A stretch of DNA of 63,472 nucleotides, the filler included, from Octopus bimaculoides (lineage: Eukaryota): the NCBI RefSeq assembly GCF_001194135.2. It is 6 parts of 6 records of this genome, joined end to end, with 100 filler letters (N's around TTAATTAATTAA, not from the genome) between each part and the next. Parts side by side here need not be neighbours in the genome. Positions count along the whole stretch, not along the records: positions 21,801 to 42,823 come from NC_068991.1; 5 more parts are not named here. The stretch is one strand, 5' to 3'. The notes under the pieces were generated by a model. That model searched no databases. It was not told the origin of the DNA and saw nothing but the letters and a program-made list of their open reading frames with translations. Positions 25,281-38,159 of this stretch are shown piece after piece. Positions within the stretch are counted from its first letter, which is position 1. Every line of letters starts with the position of its first letter. The position numbers were made by a program, and so were the translations under genes.

Positions 25281-26180
25281 TTTATAATACAAATGTGTTT
25301 GCGTTGTGTATTTTTTTTTTGTGTTGTCTGCGCTTGTGTTTGTGTTATAATTGCTCTGTTTTTCTAATTGTCATACGTTTTTTTTGTTCTTTTTTTCTTG
25401 CTGTGTGCTTTATTTTTACAATTTTCAACAAAATTTTCTTGAAAAGCTTTGGGGGCGTATACGCTGCTTTTGCTTTTGCGGTTAGTGCCGTTTACTGCTA
25501 CTCTACGAAGAGGTCATTTTGTTAAGCAAATAAACGAAAGTTTAGAAAGTGAAATATATGAATATGTCCAGAACAATACTTATATTTATCACCACAAGGT
25601 AAAACGACTGGACGCTCAAAAGTGCCAACGCCTAAAAATCCACAGGAGGAATTTAGCATGAAGTAAATTGCGGTAATAATCGAATTATTTCGGGAGTTCC
25701 TTTAACAAACGTCTGCTCATAACAAACAACAACAACAGTTCAACAGTTCGCAATATTTGGAACGATCGCTAGTGCGATCGTCCTTACTTCTGCTGTTTTC
25801 TAAATTGCTTATTTGAGTATTTGGAACATTTTCTTCTATCAAATGTTCACTACACTCTTTATTTTCTTCCTTTTGTATATTTAGTTGTGTGCTTTGGTTT
25901 TTGTAGTGTTTTGGCAGTTGAATTAATTGTGTGTGGTTGTCCTTTTGTGGTTGCGAAAAAGTAATGTGAATAAAAAAAAAATGTTGTGAAACAAACCTCA
26001 TATTTCTGTTTTCTGCCCATCGCAGTGTTAATGCAAGCTTTTCTTTAAGCAATCACAGTTCTTTTTATAAGTATTCGAAAGAAAATCTGGGTTTGTTATG
26101 CTTGAATAAAGTGTGTTTCGAAGGGAAAATCAAAAGGAAATCTTCACGCAATCAGATTCATATACAACAGCAACAATTCT

Positions 26181-26241
<61 letters not shown>

Positions 26242-26249
26242 TAATAATC

Positions 26250-26461
26250 CTTTCTACTAGAAGCACAAGGCCTCAGATTTGGTGGGAGGAGACTAGTCGA
26301 TTACATCGATCCCAGTGTTTCACTGGTACTAAATTTATCGACCCCGAAAAGATGAAAGGTAAAGTCGACCTCCTCGGAATTTGAACTCAGAACGTCGCGA
26401 CGGGCGAAATACTGCAAAGCATTTCGTCTAGCGAGCTAACGATTCTGTCAGCTCGTCGCCT
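26250..26461 (-). mobile_element. SINE family 2 with (AAT)n flank
   Basis: Reverse complement of the 12959-13170 body. Confidence 0.85.
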
Positions 26462-27764
26462 AATAAAAATAATGGTTTCAGTTATTGCCACAAGGGCAGC
26501 CATTAGTAATTAACCTAATCAGTTACTTTGAAAAAGCTATTCACTTTGTCAACTTACCTACATACTTTATGCAGATAGTCATTGTTATAGACAGTCTGGC
26601 TTATATTACGTTGAAATAAATATAACACTTCAAACGAGTTAGTTTCCTGTTCAATGAATAAATTACGCCGACACTAAAGATTCGAATTTGATAAAACGTG
26701 ATCCGTATAATTAGAATACGGGAGAAGCAAAGATATTTTTAGGTTTCAAAATAACGCTGTCTATTTATTTTTTATGGTTATTTCTATTTTCTATATATTT
26801 TTTTATGATATGTTATTTATATATTTTTACTTATCCGATAAACGCTGGAGAGCAAGAAGTAAACACTTGGCAGGTCATATCCGGGAATCAGTTTCAATTT
26901 CCGGCTGAAACCAATTCTCTGGATACATACTTGCTAATTGCTAATTCAATTCAGAGAGGTATGAACGCCACAAAATCACATTCGTATCCTTCAAAAAATG
27001 TTCAGCATTAAACATATCCCTTTGAACTCGAAAGTACGCTTTACCGAGTACGATTTCGATTGAGTATATAACCTTAGAAAACACAAAAAGCGCCATTTTC
27101 GTGTGATGTACAAGACAAAGAGACAAATTATGAAATACCTTAACCTCTTAACGTACTAACCCGTATATTTTCGTTCAGAGAGGTCCAGTAAATATATATT
27201 TGAACGAAAATATACGTTCGCTGTACTTTGCTGTACTTTGGTCACTTATTTTTAACAAGAAATATTTCGTTTATGATGGCATTCCCGTTTTCTATCATTA
27301 ACTATCGGTAACTGTTATTTCTATCGGTAACTTTATAACGACTCATAACTGATCTAAAATAATTTGTGCACTTATTCTTCCTAATATATAGATTCAAAAT
27401 AAATAATAAAAAATATATTTTTTTGCATGGATATTGAAGAAAAAAAATGTTTATGTTAAGAGACTAAGCTGTAAATCTTGGACATTTACAAAAATTGTAT
27501 TGATTCGTTTTTCACAGAAAATTATAACTGCCCAAGCAAGTATTAAAAATAAAAAAATTTCCTGGAATGCGTGACGAATTTTTACAAGAGAATAAAAATA
27601 AAAACAAATAAGTGACGTATGTGACACCACATAAAATAACTTTTCTCACCTGAAAATACTAACTGCTAATTCCTCTGAATTTTTCAAGAGTAGCATAAAA
27701 AAACTTTGTGTTGTTTATTTACATTGACCCTGAAATTTCAATAAAAATGCCAATGAGTTTGCTG

Positions 27765-28000
27765 GACTCATAGGGCCAGTTACCCAGTTTTCATGGCGTA
27801 TAAGTGACCGAGATCACAACATCCTCACTTCCTGATCAGGACGCCAGTCTGTCGCAAGGTTACTAATTTACAGCTAAGTGAACTGGAGCAAATTGAAATG
27901 AAGTGTTTTACTCAAGAACACAACGCGTCACTTGGTCCGGAACCGAAACAGTGATCTTGCGATTGTGAGCGCAACACTCTAACCGCTAGGTCACGTACCT
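27765..28000 (-). mobile_element. SINE family 3 (tRNA-like head; fragments at ~30075-30170 and 40840-40890)
   Basis: Minus strand GTGAAGGTACGTGACCTAGCGGTTAGAGTG..GGTTCCGGACC then GTGTTCTTGAGTAAAACACTTCATTTC; 3' part GGGCC..TTTCTATGGCGTAT shared with the fragments. Confidence 0.65.
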
Positions 28001-28810
28001 TCACATATAGAGATATTAAAGTACACACTTTGAAAACAGGAAAAGAGTCGTCTATAAAATCATTCGTTTGAACTAATCTTTGTATTCTTACTGTTTTTCC
28101 TCTTCCTAGAATTATGCGAGATTTATTCCATACCAAGAAATACATTTTTGAGAGACAGAAGAAATAAGTTAAAACAATCCAGGATACTTGAAAAACGAAG
28201 AAGAAGCGTTATTGGAACACATGATCAATATCTGGACTTGATCAGAAGTTTTGAAGAAAAGATTTATCGACATAAGAAAAGCAAATGGCGCTAAGTAAGC
28301 AATGCCAAAGTAAGTTTTTAATTTCATATAAATCATTCTTCTTTTGATGTTACAGCTTTTAATCTGCTTTTTATCCCTACTTCCTTCTTTTCGCTGTTTG
28401 TATTCCTTTCTGATTATCATTTTAAACTTTATTAGGACTGTGGATTAGTAGAAGTGATAGATCGTCGTTTTTTAAAGCTCTACGTTCAAATCTTTTAAAG
28501 GTCAATTTTGCCTTTCATATTTTCGAGGTCAATGAGATAAAGTTGCCAACCAGGTATTGAGAGCGATATAAACGACTATTCCCCTCTCTTAAATTTTAGG
28601 CCTTGTACCTATGTTAGGAGCAATTATTAAGACATAAACATTGCTGAGCGGTTAAGAATTCACTTCGCAGTCCTGTGGTTCCGGTTCCATCCCACGGCAT
28701 GCCACGTTGGGCAAGAAGACAGAAAAACTACACAATCACAAATGAAAGTTCTCCATTAACCTGGCTGATTGTCATTAGTAATTCGACGAAAGAGAGAGAG
28801 AGAGGGGGAG

Positions 28811-28901
<91 letters not shown>

Positions 28902-30289
28902 ATTAAGCGTCAAACTGAAATAAATACTGGAGTTAATATGACTGAAAGTAGAATACGAGAATAAATGCCACCTTAAATACCAGCACCTTAAAATTAGAGG
29001 CTCATAGCAAATCTATCCTGCAGCTCGCGAATTTTTTTTCCACGAGAGTTCCGGACCCTAGTTAAGTACTCATTTGTATACAGCCAGTCAGAGCTCACCT
29101 TCACCTTGTTAAGTTAACAAATGTTAGCGTTCAAAATGGCGACCTCCGATTACCATGTGAATCTTGTATTGTCCTCTCATTCAGATGCCAATATCATTGA
29201 TACCGAACACATACACTTGTTAGCGGTAGATTTGAATTACTATTGCAATCAAAGATAATGTTTTGGACGAATATGAAAGTACGGAAACTGCTTGAAGGTT
29301 TTATAAATACACTGTTGTCAATATTCTGAAAATAGCACTCCGCAGAGGTCGACTTAAGATAATGAATCCAACGCTCTAACAATTCAGCTACTGCGCCACT
29401 AATCTTATAGGTAAAACCTCCGATGAATCCACATCACAACAACGATGAAGTGTAGCAGCATCTAACACCTTCATTCACTGATGAGTAAGAGGTGTCCCAG
29501 CATGGCCGCGACCCAGTGACTAAAACCAGAGAAAATATAGACATATATAGTAATACAGGATAATAATAAATTGATGCGATTCCCTTCTGGTTAAAACTAG
29601 GCTAAATAAATAAAGCATTTGCCATCACTGACGCAACCAAAAAACATACACCATTATTGCTATATATAGTAGGGGAATTCAACTCCACCTATATATATGG
29701 GACACATGTATGCTAGCGTAAGTTATATATAAACTTAGCAATAACCGCCATATTGAAGAGAGATTTAAGTTAGACTTTTTTAATGGAATCTCAGTCTTTT
29801 GTGCAATGTTGTATTTTCTTAAGTTTTCTCGTTGACTTCCTGTCAAAAATGTTTAAGTCACATAATTAAATAAGTTTTCCCCTTTCATTTCGAACATATT
29901 TTGTCATTCTCGACTGACTTGTTTCACATCCAGCCAGAGCGTTCTGAGTTTCTGTGACTGTAGTCAAAATATAACTTAAATTGCTATGAATCTTTCCCTG
30001 CGGAACCACAGTCATATGGGTATAAGTGTTGACACATTGCGTAAATTCCTTGTTTAATTTTTGTTTTCCTCGAGTCCTAGGACCCATTATGTTGGCTATC
30101 TGGTTTCTATGGCGTATAAGCGAACGAGATCACTACATACCCCTGAACGGGACGTCGGTCACTTGCACGGTTCAAGGTCGGCAAGTTTTGAGGGTAGGAA
30201 ACAAGTCAATTGCATCGATCGCCTTATTTGACCGGTACTTTATTTTGTCGACTCCCGAAGAGCTGAAAGGCAAAGTTGATCTGCTTTTG

Positions 30290-30987
30290 ATCTTCCATGA
30301 ATAGGCGAGGCGCAAATTTTGCTACAACTTTTTTTTTATTCGTGATTCCTCGTTCAAAATTCGTTGGCAGGAGTTCCAGGATACACCAATCATATCAACA
30401 AGTTCGTCAATTGCTCAGCGACGATCCTCCACGATCAGTTCATGAATTTTCATGATGTTTTCATTCGTTCGGGAGTAAGACGGTTGCCCTGAACGAGGTT
30501 GGTCTTCAAGCGACAAGTGACCATTCCTAAAGCGTGAAAACCACTCGTAAACTTGTGTTTTGCTCATGGCAGCGTCCTTGCAAGCTGTTTGAAGCATGAC
30601 AACTGTTTCGGTCGCCGTTTTCCTCAACAGAAAACAGAATTTCACGAAAGCACGCTGTTCCTTCGGTTCAGCCATCGCAAAAATCGACAAACAGAGGAGA
30701 AGCACTGCAAAACAAAGAAACACCAGGTGGCAGTACGACTTCATGCGATGCCGCTGGTCGGCAGACTTTTGCCTGAGGATCGCATCAAGTAGTTTCTAGC
30801 GGCGGAAGTCCGAACTACTACGGGCTTCNNNNNNNNNNNNNNNNNNNNNNNNNNNNNNNNNNNNNNNNNNNNNNNNNNNNNNNNNNNNNNNNNNNNNNNN
30901 NNNNNNNNNNNNNNNNNNNNNNNNNNNNNNNNNNNNGGGCTTCTCCCACAGAGAACGTTTCCGGTTACTTTTGGGTACCTCCTCGTA
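30290..30987 (-). mobile_element. Mariner element, 5' TIR plus N-terminal transposase pseudogene
   Basis: TA-CGAGGAGGTACCCAAAAGTAACCGGAAA end at 30958-30987; EQRAFVKFCFLLRKTATET..VYEWFSRFRNGHLSLEDQPRSGQP..KFAPRL. Confidence 0.9.
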
Positions 30988-31009
30988 CACACACACACAC
31001 ACGCGCGCG

Positions 31010-31242
31010 CAGCGCTAAGTTACGGTGACGTAAATACACCAACATCGGTTGTCAAGCGATGGTGGAGGGAGAAGCACAGATGCACACACACACACATATG
31101 ACGTGCTTCTATCAGTTTCTATCTACTTTGGTCGGCCCGAGGCTATAGTAGAAGCCACTTGCCCAAGGTGCCACGCAGTGGGACTGTACCCGGAACCATG
31201 TGGTTGGGAAGCAAGCTTCTTACCACACAACCATTCCTGGGC
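31010..31242 (-). mobile_element. SINE family 1
   Basis: Same body as 6626-7077. Confidence 0.8.
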
Positions 31243-31787
31243 TTAAACATATATATTTAATTTTTTATACTTGGTTATGGTCATATTTATAAAAAAAGCT
31301 TTCTGCGTATGTAAGGTTTAAATGCTGTTAACTCTGGCTGCTACTTTAACTGTATCCAGAGAAGTTACCCGGAAGCTATATTGCGTATTTGTTTAAATGA
31401 ATTAAAAGAAACTTCATAGAATTAGTGCACTTATTCTAGTTTTATTACAAACATCCTAGAGCTGACATCTGAGTCATTAGAGAAAATTGGACGTTAACAC
31501 ACTTAATGTAATGAGCCAACCAACTTTTAATAACTTATGCTTGCACCCATGGTGAAGAGAGAAGTTCATTATCTTAATGATTAAATTTGATTAGGAAAGA
31601 CAAAGAGCCAACCCCAATGATTAACCTTATTAAAATAGAATGCTGGCAGTAATTCTGAGTTTCGGTTGTTAGGTGCTAAAATCCGGACAAATTTCGGCCG
31701 TATTAGACTTGATCAGTGGAAGAAGAATAGTTTAACCCAGTGTTCCATACATTTTTTAGGTCATCGATTCCCTTTCACAAAGTGGTG

Positions 31788-31821
<34 letters not shown>

Positions 31822-32559
31822 NNNNNNNNNNNNNNNNNNNNNNNNNNNNNNNNNNNNNNNNNNNNNNNNNNNNNNNNNNNNNNNNNNNNNNNNNNNNNNN
31901 NNNNNNNNNNNNNNNNNNNNNNNNNNNNNNNNNNNNNNNNNNNNNNNNNNNNNNNNNNNNNNNNNNNNNNNNNNNNNNNNNNNNNNNNNNNNNNNNNNNN
32001 NNNNNNNNNNNNNNNNNNNNNNNNNNNNNNNNNNNNNNNNNNNNNNNNNNNNNNNNNNNNNNNNNNNNNNNNNNNNNNNNNNNNNNNNNNNNNNNNNNNN
32101 NNNNNNNNNNNNNNNNNNNNNNNNNNNNNNNNNNNNNNNNNNNNNNNNNNNNNNNNNNNNNNNNNNNNNNNNNNNNNNNNNNNNNNNNNNNNNNNNNNNN
32201 NNNNNNNNNNNNNNNNNNNNNNNNNNNNNNNNNNNNNNNNNNNNNNNNNNNNNNNNNNNNNNNNNNNNNNNNNNNNNNNNNNNNNNNNNNNNNNNNNNNN
32301 NNNNNNNNNNNNNNNNNNNNNNNNNNNNNNNNNNNNNNNNNNNNNNNNNNNNNNNNNNNNNNNNNNNNNNNNNNNNNNNNNNNNNNNNNNNNNNNNNNNN
32401 NNNNNNNNNNNNNNNNNNNNNNNNNNNNNNNNNNNNNNNNNNNNNNNNNNNNNNNNNNNNNNNNNNNNNNNNNNNNNNNNNNNNNNNNNNNNNNNNNNNN
32501 NNNNNNNNNNNNNNNNNNNNNNNNNNNNNNNNNNNNNNNNNNNNNNNNNNNNNNNNNNN

Positions 32560-32588
32560 GGTTAGGGTTAGGGTTAGGGTTAGGGTTA
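32560..32588 (+). repeat. (TTAGGG)n telomere-like repeat, interstitial, beside a gap
   Basis: About 4.8 GGTTAG units; degenerate CCCTAGCCCTAACCCTAA also at ~45120-45137. Confidence 0.8.
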
Positions 32589-33792
32589 AAGCAAATTTAA
32601 AATGAAAAAAGCAAATAAAACGAAGGTATGGAGATTAAATACGCTTTACATCGCTTAATGAGCCAAAGGAGTAAAGGTAAACAACTGAATACTTGTCAGT
32701 GATTGGTTGAAATTATCGAAATAAGACAATTTTTTACATGAAATAAATTCGAATACAAAAATATTTTTTTGTTCTATAACACAAAATAGATAAGTATACG
32801 AAGTTTGAAAGTCTTTCGGTACCAAAAACACTACGTAAAACATTAATGAAAAATGTGGCCCCCGTTTTAAAATAGATCCTACCTCGTTTATTCTTATTTC
32901 TAAGAAAAATCACGACCCATCTGAACATTCTTTTCTACTCTAGGCACAAGGCCCGAAATTTTTGTTCCCTCAAGCGGGCTTGCCTAGTTGTTTCCAATTG
33001 AAGTCTTGTTTCTCGTTGCTTTTGTGTCTCCACGGTATTTCGTTGTCTCTGGGATTGGAGCCTGTCTTACCTTTCTTCTTGTGTATCCCTAGCCCTTTGA
33101 CTTATGGAGCGTCGGCGTTCAGATGACTGAATAAGTATTATGTTATCTTCTGCGCGTCATGTTGAAAGTTTTAAAGTAAAGTGTTAAAAAAAAAAATTCA
33201 AAAATAAGTCCCGTAACATTTAATTCATTTTTTGTTGTTTCTAAATTCAGTCACCTAGCTTTATTATAATCTAACTACCGAGCTTTAAAAAAAATCGTTC
33301 CAGTGGAACAATTATACCTTTTATATATATCACTAAATTTCACTTCACAAAACGAAAATGCAATTGCTTCGAATCATAGTACATGTAGCAGAAGGAATGT
33401 TCAAAAGATAGATCAATTCAAGTGTCCAGTGGATAAGATGAATTTGTAGCCACTTGAAATTGCAGATGTGTAAGTGAGCCACAGTGTGTAGGCGTAAACC
33501 AGCTGTTCACGTAGCAGTAGATATTGAAATTTTAATCATTTTGAGATTGTATAATACTCAATTTTACTCAAGATTAAGTGTTATCAGCGGTCAATAAACA
33601 AACAAATTCCCGTTTTATAAGTATTATAGATAAACATGAATAGGTAGATACCTTATATACTCACAAGGTATTGGAATCTTATATGTATACCATTCTGCCT
33701 AAACAATGGATTTACAAATACAATATCCCTGTATTCACTCTCTATTTCCAATCTTATCTAAATTAACTATTGCTTAACCATCCTCTCATACC

Positions 33793-33840
33793 GTCTCCGA
33801 TGAAGAGATATAATAAATATCCTGGAAACAGCTGTAAGAC
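33793..33840 (+). ncRNA. Degenerate minimal type-I hammerhead motif
   Basis: GTCT-CCGATGA-AGAGATA..TATCCTG-GAAA-CAGCTG-TA|AGAC: stem I GTCT/AGAC, palindromic stem III ACAGCTGT, GUA site; U4 mutated to C. Confidence 0.5.
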
Positions 33841-34371
33841 CTTCTATTTATAAATGTTCTAAAATATACACAGCCTTGGTTTTTTTTATCTCATTACGAA
33901 AAGTAAATCCTTATATATATATGTCACCAAACTTCACGAAACGAAAATACTATTGCTTCGAATCGTAGCACATGTAACGCAAGGAGTGTTCAAATAGTTG
34001 ATCGATTCAAAAAGTGCTTATCTGTAATTTCGAGAGTCCCCTCCCGCCTCGCCAGGCGAGGAGGGAGGGGTCTCTTTTCAGAAAAACGAGTCGTTAACGA
34101 GTGAGTCGGATGTCAGCTCGGGTAAAAACAAGCAATAAAAAAAAACTAACAAAGAAAATTTTTAAAAATCTCCGAGGCCGGAAAAATCTGAGGGTTCCTC
34201 CTCCTTACCCCCAAGCAGTTTTCAGGGGGAAAAAGCATGTCAGAGGTCAAATTAGTTGAAAACACACGAAAAACCCTTAATTATTACCAATTTTATTTAG
34301 TATTATTAGCGGTCAACGTACAACACAGAGTTCCTTTTTTATAAGTAATAAATGAATGGTAACTTAAACAG

Positions 34372-34522
34372 AAGTGGCTGTGTAGTAAGTAACTTGCTTC
34401 CTAACCACATGGTTCCAGGTTCAGTTCCACTGCATTGCACCTTGGACAAGTGTCTTCTACTGTCGCCTCGAGCCGACCAAAGTGAGTGGATTTGGTAGAC
34501 GGAAACTGAAATAAGCCCGTCG

Positions 34523-34561
<39 letters not shown>

Positions 34562-34760
34562 TTGTGTGTTTGTGTTTGACCCTCCAGCATCGCTTGACAA
34601 CCGATGCTGGTGTGTTTACTTCCCCGTAAACACACCACCATCTTAAAAGAGACTGATAGAATAAGTACTAGACTGACAAAGAATAAGTCCTGGGGTCGAT
34701 TTGTTCGACAAAAGGCGGTGCTCCAGCATGACCGCAGTCAAATGAGAGAAACAAATAAAG
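34372..34760 (+). mobile_element. SINE family 1, full length
   Basis: AGTGGCTGTGTAGTAAGTAACTTGCTTCC..GGTTCAGTTCCACTG head and complete tail. Confidence 0.85.
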
Positions 34761-35159
34761 AAAATAAAATAAAAAAGAAACTAAGTTACGTCTAATAATA
34801 ATTTGCACAGCAAAACATCTGTTTGCATGTCAAAGAGGAAACTTGCAAGCAAGCCATCACGCACACACACTCAGCGACCACTTATCCTGGAGCAATATTT
34901 ATAACCTCTCGCATGACTCATCTAGAAATTAAATCATCCCATATCTCACACGATTCTAGCTTTGCTTATTTGAAATCCTTATTCCTAGGACAAAGCGCAG
35001 ATAAAAAAAATAATGAAAAAAGAAGAAAGAAAAATCGAATAAAGCGGAAGACTATCTCGGTTTCGCATCTTAAAATTCGTCACAAAAAGGATTATAACAA
35101 TTTATCTTTATTTGGAAATGTTTTCAAGGAATACAAGTTAACGAATATATCTTTACATC

Positions 35160-35490
35160 CGCAGTATTTCAGTCATTTGATTGCAGCCATGCTGGAGCAC
35201 CGCCTTTAGTCGAAGAAATCGACCCCAGGACTTATTCTTTGTAAGCCTAGTACTTATTCTTGCCGAAACGCTAAGTTTCGGGGACGTAAACACACCAACA
35301 TCGGTTGTCAAGCGATGGCGGGGTGGACACACACACACACACATGATGTCTACCAAATCTACTTACAAGGCTTTAGTCGGCCCGAGGCTTTAGTAGAAGA
35401 CAGTTGTCCAAGGTGCCACGCAGTGGGACTTAACCCGAAACCATGTGGTTAGGAAGCAAGCTTCTTACTACACAGCCACGCCTGCGCCTA
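35160..35490 (-). mobile_element. SINE family 1
   Basis: Close match to 6626-7077. Confidence 0.85.
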
Positions 35491-35939
35491 TAAAAAAAAC
35501 CCCGTTAATATACTCCGTAGTATTTTATTGTTTCATAGCGAAATACGGTGTCCCTACAGCTCATTAACAAATAATTCTTTCTACTATAGGCTCAAGGTCT
35601 GAATTTGGGGGTGGTGGTGGATAGTCGATTACATCGTCGCGATTGCTCAACTGGTACTTATTTCATCGAATCTGAAAGGATGAAAGCCCAAGTCGAACAA
35701 ACCACCACCGCTTCACAACCAGTGTTGCTTTGTTTTCATCCCCATAGCTTATAGTTTCGGCAAAAGTAGCTTATGAAATAACTATCAAACTTAAAAACAA
35801 CAAGTACTGGGGTCAATTTGTTCTCAAGCGGGGTCCACGCAGTAAAATAGTATGTTAAGGGGGTCTGAAAAAATTTTGCTTTCGATATATATATTACTAT
35901 GTTTCGCAATAAACAGCAAGATTCCTTTCTTATTTCTTT

Positions 35940-36163
35940 ATTGCCCACAAGGGGCTAAACATAGAGGGGACAAACAAGGACAAACAAATGGATTAAGTCG
36001 ATTACATCGACCCCAGTGCGTAACTGGCACTTAATTTATCGACCCCGAAAGGATGAAAAGCAAAGTCGACCTCGGCGGAATTTGAACTCAGAACGTAACG
36101 GCAGACGAAATATCGCTAAGCATTTCGCCCGGCGTGCTAACGTTTCTGCCAGCTCACCGCCTT
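35940..36163 (-). mobile_element. SINE family 2, full length and little diverged
   Basis: Minus strand AAGGCGGTGAGCTGGCAGAAACGTTAGCACGCCGGGCG..GAGTTCAAATTCCGCCGAGGTCGAC; CpGs retained. Confidence 0.88.
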
Positions 36164-36739
36164 GAAAGATTTATTTCTTCCACGTTTTACATAGTTCAAC
36201 CTACACAAGTGGAAGTGTGGAAAATAAAATAGGAATTTCGAAAGAAGGGTCTAGTTTTTAAACATCGAATGGCTATGTAGGTCCACCTGAATAAAACAGG
36301 GGTCCATAGATAAAAAAAAAATGGTTGAGAACCCCTTGACAAAACCCTTCTTCGCAACTCAATGAATGAAGAAAAAAAAGTAAAAATATATATATATTCA
36401 GCATAATACGACGTAAGGCAGTTTTGTATCTTGGATCAGATATTTTGGCTTGTATAGAGAACCCCAAGAAAGGGGTAACTGTTACCCCTCTCCTCATTAC
36501 ATAATAATGTCCACAATGAACAACAAGAGCTGACCAATCGCTGGTCGTGACGACTGATTCTAACGATGCAGCTGCGCGAAGCTCATTTCAAAAACTAACA
36601 AAACAAAACAAAAATTAATAAAACAAACAAACAAACAATAAAACTCCCACTCCTTTAGTCTGTCGGAAATCCACTCCTATAAATTCCTCGGATAAAGAGA
36701 GAGAGGAAAGGAAAGACAGAGGGAGAAAAGCATAATATA

Positions 36740-36759
36740 TACGTAGAAAATATACATAC

Positions 36760-36831
<72 letters not shown>

Positions 36832-36843
36832 TCATATATACAT

Positions 36844-36897
<54 letters not shown>

Positions 36898-37310
36898 GTG
36901 TATATACGCACGCACACACACACACACACACATGTATATACATATGTATATATATAGAGAGAGAGATAGATATACACATGTATATACGCGCACACATATA
37001 TGCATGTATATGTATATGTGTATATATATGTGTGTGTGTATATATATATATATATACGCACACATATTATACACACACATATTATACACATACACATATC
37101 TGAGTGTGTGTATAATATACGTATATATATATATGCATATATATAAAGAGAGGGGAAAGGGAGAGAGAGAGGTGGAAAGAGAGGTCTGTGTATATGTGTG
37201 CGCGCGTGTGTGTGTGTGCATGCGTGCGTATGTGTGTATAACTGTATATATATATATATATAAGAGAGAGGGCAGGAGGGAGAGGGAGAGGCGGAGGGGA
37301 GAGAACAAAA
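36740..37310. repeat. Compound (AT)/(AC)/(AG) microsatellite block
   Basis: Directly visible; source of several YIYI/CVCV pseudo-ORFs. Confidence 0.9.
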
Positions 37311-37605
37311 AGGAAGTGGAGACAAAACGAGAATGGCGGCAGTTTACTGTCTCTGTTCGAAGTAACACTTTTTTGTTATCGTCATTTCTTTAAAACGTGT
37401 ACGTTTAATGGTAGATGTGTTCCTTCTAGAAAACAAAGTCGAAAATACCAGATGAGACAAACTAAGCTCAAGTTAGGATGAACGAACTTAATCTGTTGAA
37501 TTTAAACTGAATACGAGTCAAAACATGCATCGAAATCAAGGTAGGTTCAAACTAAAGAAAAGTCATTTGATAGTATATTGTTTGTTAATGTCTTATAATA
37601 TGCGC

Positions 37606-37645
<40 letters not shown>

Positions 37646-37740
37646 TCATATATGTAATGTATATATGTATACATACATGTTTGTATATTTGTATACATAG
37701 GATAGTTCTCCAGAGGAGAAGCACACTCTAAGATGTAGAG

Positions 37741-37985
37741 CAGTGGTGGTAATCTGGTTTATGGTGTTACCCCGGGTTTCTCGCTCATAAGGGGTTTAGC
37801 CTCACGGCGTATTTTCAGACCCCAAGATAATCACCAAGGGTTTTACCTTTAAAAACGAGGCTTTTCCCCCTCCATATTTTAAAGTCTCAGGCCAGCAGTG
37901 TTTGGGATCTGAAGATACGCCGTAAGGCTAAACCCCTTATGAGCGACAAACCTGAGGTAACCCCATAAACTGGCCTACCCCACTA
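37741..37985. mobile_element. 245-bp MITE with ~83-bp imperfect TIRs (hAT-like CAGTGG/TAGTGG ends)
   Basis: Left GTTTATGG.GTTACC..CTCGCTCATAAGGGGTTTAGCCT.ACGGCGTAT.TTCAGA.CCCAA mirrors the right end; no TSD seen. Confidence 0.75.
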
Positions 37986-38159
37986 TAATATATGTATACA
38001 TATATATGAACACACACAAACACACACACACGCATACACACACACACATACATACACATAATTTCGCTGTCAACTTTGAGTTTCATCTTTCTGGAGTTGA
38101 AAATAATAATAGTGAGAAAATCCTCGATGAAGTGCTGATATGTTTTATTACTCTACATC

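Noticed and set aside
29478-29484. CTGATGA heptamers here and at 44459 and 60096; CTGAAGA at ~39236 and ~44730
   Set aside because: No stem II plus GAAA plus stem I at the proper spacing; expected by chance.
37331-37370. AGAATGGCGGCAG possible start codon or YY1-like site (also CAAAATGGCG at ~29130)
   Set aside because: Short frames, weak donor and no other support.
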